From positions 14,200,001 through 14,264,000 of the forward strand of contig CM075990.1 of NCBI GenBank assembly GCA_038087875.1: a stretch of 64,000 nucleotides of DNA. Direction: 5' to 3'. The notes beneath the pieces are model-generated. The model made no database searches. It saw only the letters and a program-made list of their open reading frames with translations, and was not told the DNA's origin. Origin of the DNA: Malacoraja senta. Lineage: Eukaryota. The position numbers and the translations under genes were made by a program. Below are positions 48,149 to 61,813 of this stretch, one piece after another (position 1 is the first letter of the stretch; every line of letters begins with the position of its first letter).

Positions 48149-50446
48149 CTTCAGAAAGTACTTTTGAGTGAGTGTACTCGAGGACCTGTGACCTGCAAGG
48201 CTACAGCCCTAGTGTTGGGTTAGGTGCTCAACGATGGGCTGAATAGTCTCCTACCTCATGGATTTTCTTTGAAGCAAGGAGGGAGAAAATTCAGCAAAAT
48301 GTTGTGCAGAAGGGAAAAGGTAATCTGGAATTCCTTGCATCTGCAGAACAATGGATGCAAAGTATTGTAAAGTAGTTCAGGGTTTACGTCAATATGGAAT
48401 GTCCTCAAGCAAGGTGTGCTAACACTGAAATCATAATCGCACATCTCCTGAGGGTTGAAAATCTTAACAAGTTTCTGATGTAAATGCTGCCTCTGGAAAT
48501 CATGTTCACATTGGCATGAGGAAAGAGCTCCTCCAAGGCTGGTGCAGGAGGCGGCTTGTTGGGTTTGAGTCAAGGTGATACATTCAAAAGGGTACCAAGA
48601 ACCAGTTTCACTTAGGCTGAGAACATTTTCATTTCTGCTCAGGACACCCCTTACGTTAGTGAGCTGCCAACCACGATGCTCATCTCTGAGACAGAAGGTT
48701 GTGTGTTCAAATCCCACAAAGGATGAGCATCTTCGATGCAAGAGAACATCATGGGAGAAGTATCAAACACTTGACAATGGACCACGCAAGGAGATATTAG
48801 GGCAGGCACAAGTGACTGTGCATGCTGGTATCGTCAGCAAATACCAAGCTACTGCAGGAACTCAGCGGGACAATAGACAATAGACAATAGGTGCAGGAGT
48901 AGGCCATTCAACCCTTCGAGCCAGCTCTGCCATTCAATGTGATCATGGCTGATCATCCACAATCAGTATCCCGTTCCTGCCTTCTCCCCATATCCCGCAG
49001 GGAAATGGACAAACAATTTTCACTTGCACTCCAAGGAAAAGAACGTCTTCAAAGGGGGCATATTTTAAGGAGATTTTACAGTCGAGCATAAATATGGAGA
49101 CATAAGGGACTGCGAATATTAGGAGAGCTTGGTCAATGAAGAAAACAATAAGAAACCTCTTAAAAGAGAAATGAAAGGAAGTGGTCATGGAGCATGGAAA
49201 ACGACCTTTCCGCCCACTAAATTTGGGTCAGTCATCAGCCACACATTTACGCTAATCTTTCACTCATCCATTCCATTCTCCCCACATTCCCTTCAATGTT
49301 TCCCCTTATCCCCACAACCCCCATAGAATCCACCACTCATCTACATACTAAGGGCAATTTGCAGCAGTTCATTAACTTACCGACCCATGTGGGAAGAAGC
49401 CGGAGCACCTGGAGGAGTCGTTTGTGATCACATCACAGGGAGAACATGCAGGATCAAACCCTGGTTGCTGGAGCTACGAGGTAACCCCGCCATTGTTTAG
49501 GAATTTCCAAAGGATCACGACCTTGAAAGCTAATGTCACGGATGCCAAGGGCAGAGCAAGTGCATTCATGAATAAGAGAGCAGCATTAAGGAGCAGAGTC
49601 AATGAACAGTGCCTTCCCTCTCCTTGGGTGCCATTGAGTATTTCCAGTGCAATATGGTTCCTTTCAGCAGGACTTAGCCAATACAACACAAAAATCGCTC
49701 TTAACTCCTTCCTTGCACCTCAGGCACATTTGTTCCATATTCAGATACGCAGCGTTTACACAAAGTGACAAATCGCTCCTATCCCACGGCACAGATCCTA
49801 CACCAGTAAAGATGAAGTGCGATGCAAATCTGTGCAACTGAAGAATAGAGCTAAGCTCAAACAAACAGGGTGAGTAAATATTTGATAATGATAAATAAAC
49901 CCTATTATCAAGTCATCATTATATGGCTGGGCGATGCTAGACTCTCAGGATAAACTTAGGGCAGTGTGCCAAGATATGCACAGACACGACTGCAAAGAGC
50001 AGCCCAACACTGGAACTGTGATAAATCAGAGGATCACATGCAGTGCCCTCTGAGAGACGGCACAATGCAATTGATTTCCAATTACAAAGGCATTGAAAGG
50101 ACACAGGGAATCAGTACGTCACAATGAAGCCAATACAATGGTTCGATGGCACTTTCTTTGTCTCATATGCAACTGTCTCTGGCATATATTACGCATGCGA
50201 GTTCCTCCATGTTTTCCAAAGTCCAGTCGGCCCGCATACACGATGTACTGGAGCGGATCCCACGAACCGACATCCCTCTCCCCTCCTGGTCCGGCCACAT
50301 TTGTGTCTTGGGGTCACCTCCTGCAGCCGACCTTGGAGGCGCTGGAGGCATCACCCTGGTTCACCCTCCTACTTGCCCTTTGCTTCCGACGTCTCCAGCT
50401 ACCCCCCGGTTATTCCGTCCGACGAACCAAGCTACTCAAAGAGGTG

Positions 50447-50550
50447 ACACAAAATGCTGGAGTGACTCAGCTTGACAGGCAGCATCTCTGGAGGGAAGGA
50501 ATGGGTGACGTTTTGGGTCGAGGCCCTTCTCCAGCATCTGTAGTTCCTTC
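50447..50550. mobile_element. Inverted pLTR plus tail insertion
   Basis: TSD CTACTCAAAGAGGTG (50432-50446, 50551-50565). Confidence 0.8.
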
Positions 50551-50766
50551 CTACTCAAAGAGGTGTCAGGACAATGCAGTTGAAGAAGGTTTGAAGTAAT
50601 GTCTTAAAAGAAGAAGAATAGATAGTGACATGGAAATGTATATGCAGGAGAAGTTAGACTTGATATTTGCAGAAAAAATATTCCGAATGACCCAAAGAGA
50701 TCAAATCTCATCACAGCCACTGTGGATTTCAGATGCAGCTAATTAAATAACTCTGGAATAAATTCA

Positions 50767-51820
50767 GGACAGCGCGGTAGCATAGCGGTGAAGTTGCTGC
50801 CTTACAGCTCCAGAGACCCGGGTTCGATCCTGACTACAGGTGCTGTCTGTACAGAGTTTGTACGTTCTCCCCGTGATTGCATGGATTTTCTCTGAGATCT
50901 TCGGTTTCCTCCCACGCTCCAAAGACATACAGGTTTGTAGGTTCACAAAAATGCTGGAGAAACTCAGCGGGTGCAGCAGCATCTATGGAGGTGTTCGGCG
51001 AAACGATCGCCAAGCCTCCGCTTGGTCTCACCGGCTTGGCGATCGTTTCACCGAACACCTCCGGTCGGTCCGCAATAACCAACTTGACCTCCTGGTGGCT
51101 CAGCACTTCAACTCCCCCTCCCATTCCGTATCTGACCTCTCTGTCCATGGCCACCTCCATGGCCACAGCGAGCAACACCGGAAATTGGAGGAAATGCACC
51201 TCATATTCCGCTTGGGCAGTCTACATCCTGGGGGCTTGAACATTGAATTCTCCCAATTCTGCTAGCCCTTGCTGTCCCCTCCCCTTCATCAGCCCTCTGG
51301 TTGTCTCCTCCCCTCCCCCAGCCCTCAGGCTCCTCCTCCGCCTTTTTCCTTTTTTCCTTTCTTCTCCCCACCCCCTATCAGTCTGAAGAAGGGTTTCGGC
51401 CCAAAACGTTGCCTATATCCTTCGCTCCATAGATGCTGCTGCACCCGCTGAGTTTCTCCAGCATTTTTGTGTACCTTTCGATTTTCCAGCATCTGCAGTT
51501 CCTTCTTTAACAGGTTTGTAGGTTAATTGGCTTGGTATAAGTGTAAATTGTCCCTAGTGTGTAATCAAGTCAAGTCAAGTCACTTTTATTTATATAGCAC
51601 ATTTAAAAAACAACTCTCGTTGGCCAAAGTGCTTTACATTGGTGGAGTTATACAACATTGGTTCATAGATTAAATACATACATAAATACATACATAGAGC
51701 CCTCACTCAGAGGACGTCAAGAAAGACTTGTGTAGGATAGTGTTAATGTGCGGAGATCGCTGGTTGGTGCAGACCCGGTGGGCCGAAGGGCCTGTTTTCA
51801 CGCTGTATCTCTAAACTAAA
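50767..51820 (+). mobile_element. V-SINE with nested Penelope and an L2-like tail (about 51563-51730)
   Basis: SINE sequence resumes after each insert. Confidence 0.82.
50944..51509 (+). mobile_element. Penelope-like element with an inverted 5' segment, inserted in a V-SINE
   Basis: Same GIY-YIG tail and pLTR as 40926-41539; inverted pLTR and ORF piece at 50944-51032; TSD ACAGGTTTGTAGGTT. Confidence 0.9.
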
Positions 51821-52247
51821 AAATCGTGATGGTGACATTGTCAGATTATCATAAATACCCACAACCATCGGATTCACAAGAGAGTATACTTCCCACTGTG
51901 AGCCATGGATACTAAACCAAAACCTGCTCAGCAACATGCAGCCTGTACCCAGCTAGGTGTGCATGCATGACAAACATCGTTTAAGGCAATGTGCAAATGT
52001 CCTTAAACAAACTGGGAACACAGAAACATGTTTTTTTTGTAAACTTCTTGAATGATGCAAATGAAAAACTATTCAGCCCATGTCCCAGCCAATGCGATCA
52101 CCCCAGCAGAAAAGTGACAGATTAAGTAGTCACACACTTTGGTGGAGTTTGCAGGTTTTTCCTTTCTGCAAAGTTGTTGTTCAAGTTTGGCTGGATAACA
52201 CCAGGTACTTTTCAATGCAATTCGCTGTGCACGAATCACTTTGAGAT

Positions 52248-52750
52248 TCGTAGGCCCCCCTCGGTCATGACTGACCATGGGTGGTGCATCCTAGTTGTTG
52301 GCTGCTTGCTCCAAACCTCGGCTGGAGCAGCGTCGCTTACGATGATGTGTGGTCGGATGCAAGCCTGGGCGCTGTCATATGGAGGACAGGCTGTTGCCCA
52401 TGCAGCACGTCCCCCCCTCTCCACGTCGCTGATCGATCCAAAGGAACAGCAGGGCCATTACAGTTTGGCACCAGCACCGTCGCAGGAGCTGCCAGAGCGA
52501 GGTTGTAGACAACGACGAACTGCCTTAGGGGCTCCGACTCCGGATTTTCTTGAGGTTTACTCCTGGAGCCTTTTCCATGACTGGATATGGCCACAAGGCA
52601 GTGGAGGTTTTAAATCAAAGTTTTCCCTCTCCTAAATGGAATGCCTTCCCAGGCTGACGAGCCCCATCTGCCCAAGACTCGTGGGGGCGGGAGCGTCTAC
52701 CTTCCCGTGCAGGTTTATTGCACCTGCCCACTGCCCATACTGAGATAGAG
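52248..52750 (-). mobile_element. Non-coding retroelement resembling an RTE-clade 5' UTR (SINE-like)
   Basis: GGGCAGATGGGGCTCGTCAGCCTGGGAAGGCA...TAGGAGAGGGAAAAC motif recalled from RTE-type elements; TTGAGAT direct repeats at 52241-52247 and 52751-52757. Confidence 0.55.
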
Positions 52751-52756
52751 TTGAGA

Positions 52757-53144
52757 TACATAGATACATAGAAAATAGGTGCAGGAGTAGGCCATTCGGC
52801 CCTTCGAGCCTGCACCGCCATTCAATATGATCATGGCTGATCATCCAACTCAGTATCCCGTACCTGCCTTCTCTCCATACCCCCTGATCCCCTTAGCCAC
52901 AAGGGCCACATCTAACTCCCTCTTAAATATAGCCAATGAACTGGCCTCAACTACCCTCTGTGGCAGAGAGTTCCAGAGATTCACCACTCTCTGTGTGGTG
53001 AATAACCAATAAAACATAAGTTCATAAGTTCTAGAAGCAGAATTCGGCCATTCGGCCCATCAAGTCTACTCTTCCATTCAATCATGGCTGATCTATCTTT
53101 CCCACTCAACCCTATTCTTCTGCCTTTGCCCCATATCCCCTGAC
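52757..53144 (-). mobile_element. Two adjacent CR1 3' ends
   Basis: ACATAGAAAATAGGTGCAGGAGTAGGCC... and CATAAGTTCATAAG...GGCCATTCGGCCC. Confidence 0.82.
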
Positions 53145-53610
53145 AATCTGTCAATCTCCATCATAGAAATATCTATTGACACTTACATGCAACCAACTCT
53201 TTGATTAATCTTCAAGCAGCAATATGCTTTTTATGCAGCCAAGAAGTCTGTACATAACATACAAACTGTACATATACGCACTCTTCGTCACTTGCATTTA
53301 AACTGTTACAATATTCTCCCCTCAGAATCACTCTGTTTTCTATTGGTAATCTTTATTTCACTCAATGAGCAGAGTTGCCATGAAAGGCTGACAATTAATG
53401 GGCCAGTCCAATAGGATCACACTTCAATGTGCTGACTGTGCTGGCTAACGGCAACTAGAATGTTTGTACAATAGTTAAATAAAAACAGAAAATGCTGAAG
53501 ATACTCAGCAGGTCAGACCGCATGTGTGAAGAGAGAGGCAGAGTTAAGGACTCATCACCATTGTGCCTAAGTATAGTCAAATTAGTGTGTAGGCAAAAGA
53601 GCTATTTCAC

Positions 53611-54052
53611 TATACGATGTGATACGATAGAACTTTCTTGATCCCGGGAGAGAAATCGATCAGCCAACAGTCATAAAAACACAAAATACATGAAACATGA
53701 AATTAAAGTGATGAGTGGAAAGGATTAGGGATGTTCAAAGATTGGGGTGGGGGGGATTAGGGGAGTCAGTCTCAGTCTACCCCACGACAGAAGGGGGGGG
53801 GGGGGGAGTTGTACAGTTTGATCGCCACAGGGAAGAAGGATCTCCTGTGGCGTTCTGTGCTGCATCTTGGTGGAACCAGTCTGTTGCTGAAGGAGCTCCT
53901 CAGGTTGGCCAGTGTGATAAGGAGGGGGTGAGCTGTATTGTCCAGGATGCTCCACAATTTGAGGAGCATCCTCCCATCCAAGACCACCTCCCATGAATCC
54001 AACTCCGCCCCCAGGACGGAGCCAGCCTTCCTGATGAGTTTGTTAATCCTAT
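53611..54052 (-). mobile_element. Rex1/Babar-type LINE 3' part
   Basis: INKLIRKAGSVLG...ILDNTAHPL...RRSFFPVAIKLYN. Confidence 0.8.
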
Positions 54053-54389
54053 TGTCGTATGTACACATGTGACCTAGGTGTACATGACAATAAAATATCA
54101 TTGAAACAATAGACAATGGACAATAGGTGCAGGAGTAGGCCATTCGGCCCTTTCAAGGCAGCACCGCCATTCAATGTGATCATGGCTGATCATCCCCAAT
54201 CAGTATCCCGTTCCTGCCTTCTCCCCATATCCCCGGATTCCACTATCTTCAAGAGCCCTATCTAGCTTTCTCTTGAAAGTATGAAACATTGATTGGAAAA
54301 GTGTTTCTGGGAGGGGGGAGGGTAGAGTTAACAAAGGGAATGATTGTGACTGGAGATCAAGGCTGTCCAAGTGACCCAAAACACAAAGT

Positions 54390-54516
54390 CTGAAGAAGGG
54401 TTTCGGCCCGAAACGTCGCCTATTTCCTTCGCTCCATAGATGCTGCCTCACCCGCTGAGTTTCTCCATCATTTTTGTCTACCTTCGATTTTCCAGCATCT
54501 GTAGTTCCTTCTTAAA
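54390..54516 (+). mobile_element. Solo pLTR insertion starting at the hammerhead core
   Basis: CTGAAGAAGGGTTTCGGCCCGAAACGTC...TTCCTTCTTAAA; TSD CAAAACACAAAGT (54377-54389, 54517-54529). Confidence 0.85.
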
Positions 54517-57500
54517 CAAAACACAAAGTGCTGGGGGAACACATGCAATGTCTGTGGAGGCAAAAGGATAGTTGATGTTTTGGGTCAAGACCTTGCATCA
54601 GAGTGAGAGTGCAGAGCAGCAGATAGTATAGTGGACCATTCCTGATACATCACTGATACCATCACTGTGCCTCCACGGCTGCTGCCCGACCCACTGGGTT
54701 CTCTCAGACATTTGTTTTTGCTCCAGACTCCAGTGTCGGCAGTCTCTCATGTGTCTGTCCAGGTGACCCAATTGATTTTCTTTCATCTAATTTAAGCTGT
54801 GGTTCATTTGGTGCATCAAAGTAATGCCCAAGAATAAATTTGCAATATCTTCATAGGCTGTTTGCCTTTGAAATCAGACCTTGTGCCTTCAAGAAGCAGG
54901 AGACTAGGGACTGTCCAATTGTGTTGCAATACTGACCAACTCTGGTTGTGAATTACATTACAGTAATTGAAGGCTTATCTAGGGGCCACGAGATATTCAT
55001 GCTGAACCAATGAGTCCTAAAACACCCCATAAGTATATTATGAGCAAAAGGGTACTGGGAGAAAATAAGCCACCTTAAGATCAGTGTGATGATCAATGTG
55101 TGGAACCACAGGAACTGGGCGAGGTTTTAAATAAATGTCTCATCTGTATTTACCGAAGGTAAAGACATGGAAGTTATTGAGGCGGGACAATAATATCCTG
55201 CAACATATCAACATTACAAAGGAGGAGGTGCTAGAGGTCTTAAAACACAGAGCGTGGCACAGTAGCACATCTGGTAGATGTGCTACTGTGAGCCAGCTTC
55301 GATCCTGACCTCGGGTGCTGTCTGTGTGGAGTTTGCACATTCTCTCTGTGACCATGTGGGCTTCCCCCAGGTGCTCCAGTTTCCTCCCACATCGCAAAGA
55401 CATGCGGATTTGTAGGTTAATTGATCGCTGTAAATTGTCCCCAGCATGTAAAGAGTGGATGAGAAGGTGGGATAACAGACAACTAGTATGAACAGGTAGA
55501 CACAAAAAGCTGGAGTAACTCAGAGGGTGAGGCAGCATCTCTGGAGAGAAGGAATGGGCGACGTTCCGAGTCAAGACCCTTCTTCCCCGAAACGTCGCCC
55601 ATTCCTTCTCTCCAGAGATGCTGCCTCACCCGCTGAGTTCGCCCATCCACTCCCTGCACAATAGGAGCAATTTACGGGGCCAATTAACCAATAACCCCGC
55701 ACGTGTTTGGGATGTGGGAGGAATCCGGAACACCCAGAGGATACCCAAGTGGTCACAGGAAGAACATGCAAACTCCACACAGACAGTATCCGAGGTCAGG
55801 ATTGAACCCAGGTCTCTGGTGCAGAAGCTTTATCCGTTGCGCCACCGTGCCGCCCCACCCATGCTTTACCCAACTCAGTTTCGGAGTCCATACCAAGGCA
55901 AACAACAAAAAGGAATCCAATAGCAATATTGCATGATGCTTCTGAGTTGAGTCCAGTCCAGTAATAATCACATTTTCACAAACCCATTTCCAAACCAATG
56001 ACAATCTATTCACTACATCAAGAGCAAAGGAGTAGGACGAGTTGGATGGTATTTGAAAGAGACAACACAGGCATGATGGGTCGATTGGTCTCCCTCTATG
56101 TTGTTCCATTCTATGATTAGCAGAGCTACCGTATTTGCCTGCATGTTCATTCTAGCTCCATGCCTCGTTAGTGTACCTGTAATAGGCTCCAGTTCTTTTC
56201 ATAGACACTAAAAGAAGTTAAACTCTATGAGAATAAAAAACTTATATAACTTTCCTCATTAGTTTTTGATGAATGCTGAGCATACAAGGAGTAATGAACT
56301 GAATTGTTAATTCAAAGAAGAACTTAAACTGGGCCATGCCAGATTGATTCACAAGTGCCTGGGCCAGGGCCAAATCCCATCAATTTGAGGTCAGATGCAA
56401 TTGTCTCTGGAAAGAAATCTGGATGTACAAGCAGTGGGAAATGAAAAATAATTCTGCTGCCTCAGTGAATGCTTGGTAACAGTTTCTAAATCCCATCATT
56501 ATCAGAGCTGTAAAGTAACCACAGTGACTCTTTTTATACAGGCCGTAGAATGCAATGATGGACTGGACACTTTCAGCAAAGAGCAGGTGGTTGGACCTAA
56601 CCACAGTTTGTAAAGAAAAATATGCATGAATGTCACAAGCACACTTCCTCTTAGGCTTTGTTCAAGAGTTGGTTATGGTGGACGAGGAAGTTGAAGAGAG
56701 CCTTTAAGTCAAATGTACAGCTTAGTTCAAGTAGCGCACACAGAGAATGCTCCTCTTGGTGTAATGCAGTTACTTGACTCGCAACAAAGAGATACAGTGC
56801 AGACCAACAATCCAGGGAACCAAGTTCTAATCTTGCCCCAGTAGTTGTGGTAATTAAATTAAGTTAATAATTTGATAAAAAACAATTAGTTTGAGAAATA
56901 CTAGAACATGGAACAGTACAGTACAGCACAGGAACAGGCCCTTCAGCCCACAAAATTCATGCTGAACATGATGCCAAGTTAAACTAATCTTCTCTGCCCG
57001 CACATGATCCATATACTGTATCTCCATTCCCTGCATATCCATGTGTCCATCTGAGAACGAGTTTAAGATTTATGAGATTAAGTTGAATGTGCATGATGTA
57101 TTGCAAGGTCAAAAACAGAGAGGTCATCTACACCCCAGAAAACAAGATAGAAATGGGCGCAAGACCTAATGATTTCAGGTAAATAAACTGCTGAAGGGAG
57201 CATTATAAATCTTCAACATATTTCCAGCGGTGCAGTGGAATTTATTTGTGGGGATGCTAAATGGAAAAGTAGTGTCAAAAGTTAAGAAAACCTGTTTAGA
57301 ACATTGGTCAGGTCTGCCCAAGGTTCTCAACAAGTGGGAGTGTTGAGCAGAGGTTTGGTCTTCATTCTACAATGTTATTAAAAAAAAAATAGTGGAGTAA
57401 ACTCACATGTATTTTGAATAATATCAGAGCAGACAGATTACAGGCTTTGTTAAAAGCTGCACAAGTTGGGTCTGTTTTTTTACGAGGACAAATAACCTTG

Positions 57501-57791
57501 AGGTGATCCAATAAGCTTTTTAAAATTCCGAATGTGTTCAATGAAGTAAATGCAGAAATGTTTGAGACTCCACAATCAAAAGTCATGCATTCAAGATAAT
57601 CAATGATAAATCCATGGGAAAAATTATTTATTTTAGATAATGGTTCAAATTTGGAACATACTAACACAGGAAGTGGTTGATGCATATTCTTTCAACAGAA
57701 AGAATTGGCATCAATATTTGGAATGGGAGAAGATATTTGTGGAGTATGAGCAGTGTGATAGCCTTTAGTGCAAACAACCTGATTTTCTGAA

Positions 57792-58095
57792 GACGCACAC
57801 AAAAAGCTGGAGTAACTCAGCGGTTCAGGCAGCATCTCTAGCGAAAAGGAATAGGTAACGTTTCGGGTTGAGACCCTTCTTCAGATTGATCAATGGGTGA
57901 CTTTTCGGGTCGAGACACTTCTGTCTGGAGAAAAGGAACAGGTGATGTTTTGGATCGAGACCCTTCTTCAGACAGAAGGGTCTCGACCCAAAACATCATT
58001 ATTCCTATTCACCAGAGATGCTGCCTGACCCGCTGAGTTACTCCAGCTTTTTGTGTATATCTTCGGTTTAAACCAGCATCTGCAGTTCCTCCCGA
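57792..58095. mobile_element. Fold-back pLTR insertion with tandemly reiterated ribozyme segments
   Basis: Three minus-strand and one plus-strand GGGTCTCGACCC-type units; TSD CTGATTTTCTGAA. Confidence 0.8.
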
Positions 58096-58799
58096 CTGAT
58101 TTTCTGAAAACCTGGCTTGCAATTCAGCACATTAATGTGGGAATAGTGCGCGGTTGTCTTTTGCATAAATTAAAAGAAAACCTCTGATGTTGTATTGATA
58201 TTACAGATCTCCCAGCACAATACAAGGAGCAGGGTCTTTTGAAATCCTCTCTTAATCAATTTCATTAGGGAAAAGAAAAGTCAGCATTTGTAATTTAAAG
58301 AATCATGTGGTATGGAAAAATAACTTGCATGCATACCTTTTTGTTAAGAGTCACTATATCTAACCAAATGGTTTCAAACCTAATATAAATACAGCTATTG
58401 TGATCTTTCTTTTCAGAACAAAAGACTAATCAAGTCATATTTGCACTAGAGCATGGGGGACTAAGCTAAACAGGATAATATCCTGTAAAGAAATGGAGTC
58501 ACAAGGGGCGGCGGATGCTGGAATCTTGCGCAAAAATTAAATGCTGAAGGAACTCAGTGGGTCAGGCAGCAATTGTGGAAGGAAAAAAAGAACCAAAGTG
58601 CTGGAGTATCTCGGCAGACCAGCTACCTGACACACTGGGTTACTCCAGCTCTTTATTATTTTTTTGCAAACCACCACCTTCAGTCGCTTGTGTTAACATC
58701 TGAGGAGAGAAGGGGCAGTCGATGTTGTTGGCACCGAATCAAAACACTGTCTCTCCATTCCCTCCACAGATGTTACCTGATCTGGCAAGTTCCTCCAGC

Positions 58800-58927
58800 A
58801 GATAGACACAAAAAGCTGGAGTAACTCGGCGGGAGACAGTAACTCTGCCTGTCCCGCTGAGTTACTTCAGCTTTTTGTGTTTATCTTCGGTTTAAACCAG
58901 CATCTGCAGCTGCAGTTCCTCCTCACA
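58800..58927. mobile_element. Fold-back pLTR insertion nested in an older pLTR
   Basis: TSD CAAGTTCCTCCAGC (58786-58799, 58928-58941). Confidence 0.8.
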
Positions 58928-59929
58928 CAAGTTCCTCCAGCCAGCACTTAGATTTATTTTAACCTGCAAATAAGCAATACCTTAGCTTTGCATCTGGGAA
59001 CCTCCCCAGATATTTGTTAGAGACATCCACTAGAACATTTAAACAGTTAATTGTTAAAATCTTCAGCTCAACAGTGTATTGTTTCATCGCTATTCATTAG
59101 TCTGTCTGACGGTAAAGTGGATTCATATTTCCAACAGTACAATGCTGATTGCTCTTCTAAAGTTCTATATTGACTCTAGAGCGCTTGGAATACTTGATAG
59201 TTGTGAAAAGTCTATTCTAAATGTAGGTCTTTCTTTACAGCTATTTTTTCTTTCTTCTTTCCTCATAACCTAGCAACCATTCAGCAATTCTTGGCAACTG
59301 ACAATGGGCAGCAAAACAATTCCAACATGGACATGTTTATATAGAAGCCTATGCGATTATGCAGCTCATCCACTCTTGCATACACCCCCACAGCACATAA
59401 AGTATTGCCCCTGATGGATGGGTAAGATGCAAAATGCAATCACTAAGCAGATGTCATTTTAAAGGCTCATCAAACATCCAGTGAGCACTCCTCCTGACAG
59501 CATTTGGACAAGATACTATTTCAGTTTTATAAAAGGAAAAGATGTAATTGAACTATAAGAGTGGATGTAATCTTTATCTGAGGCATTAGCATTAAAATAT
59601 TAAGTGGAGTAAAATCTTAGCTTCCTATTAATATGTCACAGATTGTGTGAAGCCTGTTTGAAGTGGTGTCATTTTAAACGCAACTCAAACCACCTCATTG
59701 AATTCAGACAGAGTTGCCATTAAGCAGACCAGGGAGTGTTCTTGAGGGGGTTAGGGGGGTGGGGCTGGGAAAACCTCTCTTCCAACTCTAGTTCATTTGC
59801 AAACGAGTAAAGGAAATAGGTCATTTCTCTCTTGGCTCATCAATATTTCAACGTATTTACATTGTTAACCATTACCATTAACCACCAAGAGCGCTCAGCA
59901 CGGCTCCAAAGATTTAACACACCACACAC

Positions 59930-60281
59930 CAAAGATCCTATAGTGGAGCAAGATAGACCACTCCTGCTAAATGCAATGGGCTGACGTGTAGTACGCAACT
60001 GGACCCGACCCGACTCGCAGTGTAATCAACGTTGCGGGGGAACAGTTTGTGTTAATAAATTAAAATTCTGAAAATGAGAAGATTTTTACCAAATAACTTT
60101 TATTTTTACGAGGATGTTTCCGTAACCGGCTTCCGTCTCCGCACTATTATCCTATGGGATCTTTGGTGCTGAGACGGAAGCCGATTACGGAAATGGGGGC
60201 AAAAATTACCCATGAATCTGCCCATGACCGTACTACATCTTTTTCGTCGAGAGGATTATCTTGCTCGCTATAGGGTCTTTG
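59930..60281. mobile_element. Non-autonomous hAT-type DNA transposon
   Basis: TIR CAAAGATCCTATAGTGGAGCAAGATA / TATCTTGCTCGCTATAGGGTCTTTG; 8-bp TSD CCACACAC/CCACACAT. Confidence 0.8.
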
Positions 60282-61813
60282 CCACACATGACTTCTGTAG
60301 CAAAACATCTCCACCTCCCCATCAAGCGAGCAGACACAAGAAACAGATTTACCAACAAAGACACAAATTGCTGGAGTAACTTCAGCAGGTCAGGCAGCAT
60401 CTCCGAGAACATGAAGAACATGGTCTGAAGAAGGGTCCTGACCCAAATAGTCTCCTATCCATATTCTTGAAAGACACTACCTGACCCATTGATTACTCCA
60501 GCACTTTGTGTCTTTTTCCCCCATGAAGATACTTTGGCTCACCAGAACTCAGGACGTGCTTAGACTGAGAACTGATCCTATGTTTTACAACATGGCAGTT
60601 GGGTGAGCAAAGGGTGCAATTAAGATAGCTTTTCATCTCCTTCAATAGGAACACAGACAGAGGATTGCTACGGGTGCTGTCGGTACAGATTTTGTACGTT
60701 CTCCCTATGACTGCATGAGTTTTCTCCAGTGCTCCAGTTTCCTCCCACAGACCTCTCCAAAGACGTACAGGTTTGTAGTTTAATTGGCATCTGTAAAATT
60801 GTAAATTATCCTTAGTGTGTGGGATATAGTTAGTGTACACGTTAGCACGGACTTGGTGGGCGGAAGGGCCTGTTTCCGCACTGTCTAAAGTCTAAAAACT
60901 GAATGTATCCCAGAAGGTTTTCTCATAAGATCTCCACTTACATCCATTCCTCTGGGTGTACATTTCACTCCTCCTCTCATTATCTGACACTCTTTTATCT
61001 CCTTTCAATCTCTAGCTTTTGTTACTTACTCTCGCATTTGCGAATCAAACCTCCCTCACCTGTATCACATTCTAGGTTTTGTCCTGACCTCCCACTTCTT
61101 TTCCAGCTTTCTCCCCCTCCCCACATCTACTTCCCCACAGTCATCAGGCTATTAAACCTGGCTCAGACAAAACACTGAGCTTTATTAGCCAATTAACTGT
61201 CTGTATATATATTAGCCAATTAACTGTGTGTGTATATATTTATAGAATGGTATATGGACACACTGATCTGTTTTGTAGTCAATGCCTACTATGTTCTGTT
61301 GTGCTGAAGCAAAGCAAGAATTTCATTGTCCTGTCAGGGACACATGACAATAAACTCACTTGAACTTGAACTCCCCTCCCTATTACCATCAGCCTGAAGA
61401 AGGGTCCAGACCCAAATGTCATCTGTCCATTCCCTCCACAGATGTTGCCTGACCCGTTGAGTTACCCCAGTACTTTTTTGCCTTGATCACTTTTTGCCTT
61501 GTCCACAATAGTTTATTGACCACCTTGTGGAGCCTGACGTCCAATTCAGATACGAGGAGACTCACTGCGTGGTTGATTAGATGATTCAGCAATCAATTAT
61601 TGGCCTTGTGTGATATTTTTACCCATTAAAGACAAGTGGTTTGTTTGCTGTACTATCTGGAGCATTCATTAGTAATTCCTAGAGATCTCTGGTCAAACCT
61701 GCATATTTCAAATACAGAAATACAAACCTGTATTTCTACTCACATGGTTTAGTTATGTCTGCTCAGGGTAGAAATTTTCAATTTTAACATTTGTACTCCA
61801 CTACCAACATTCG

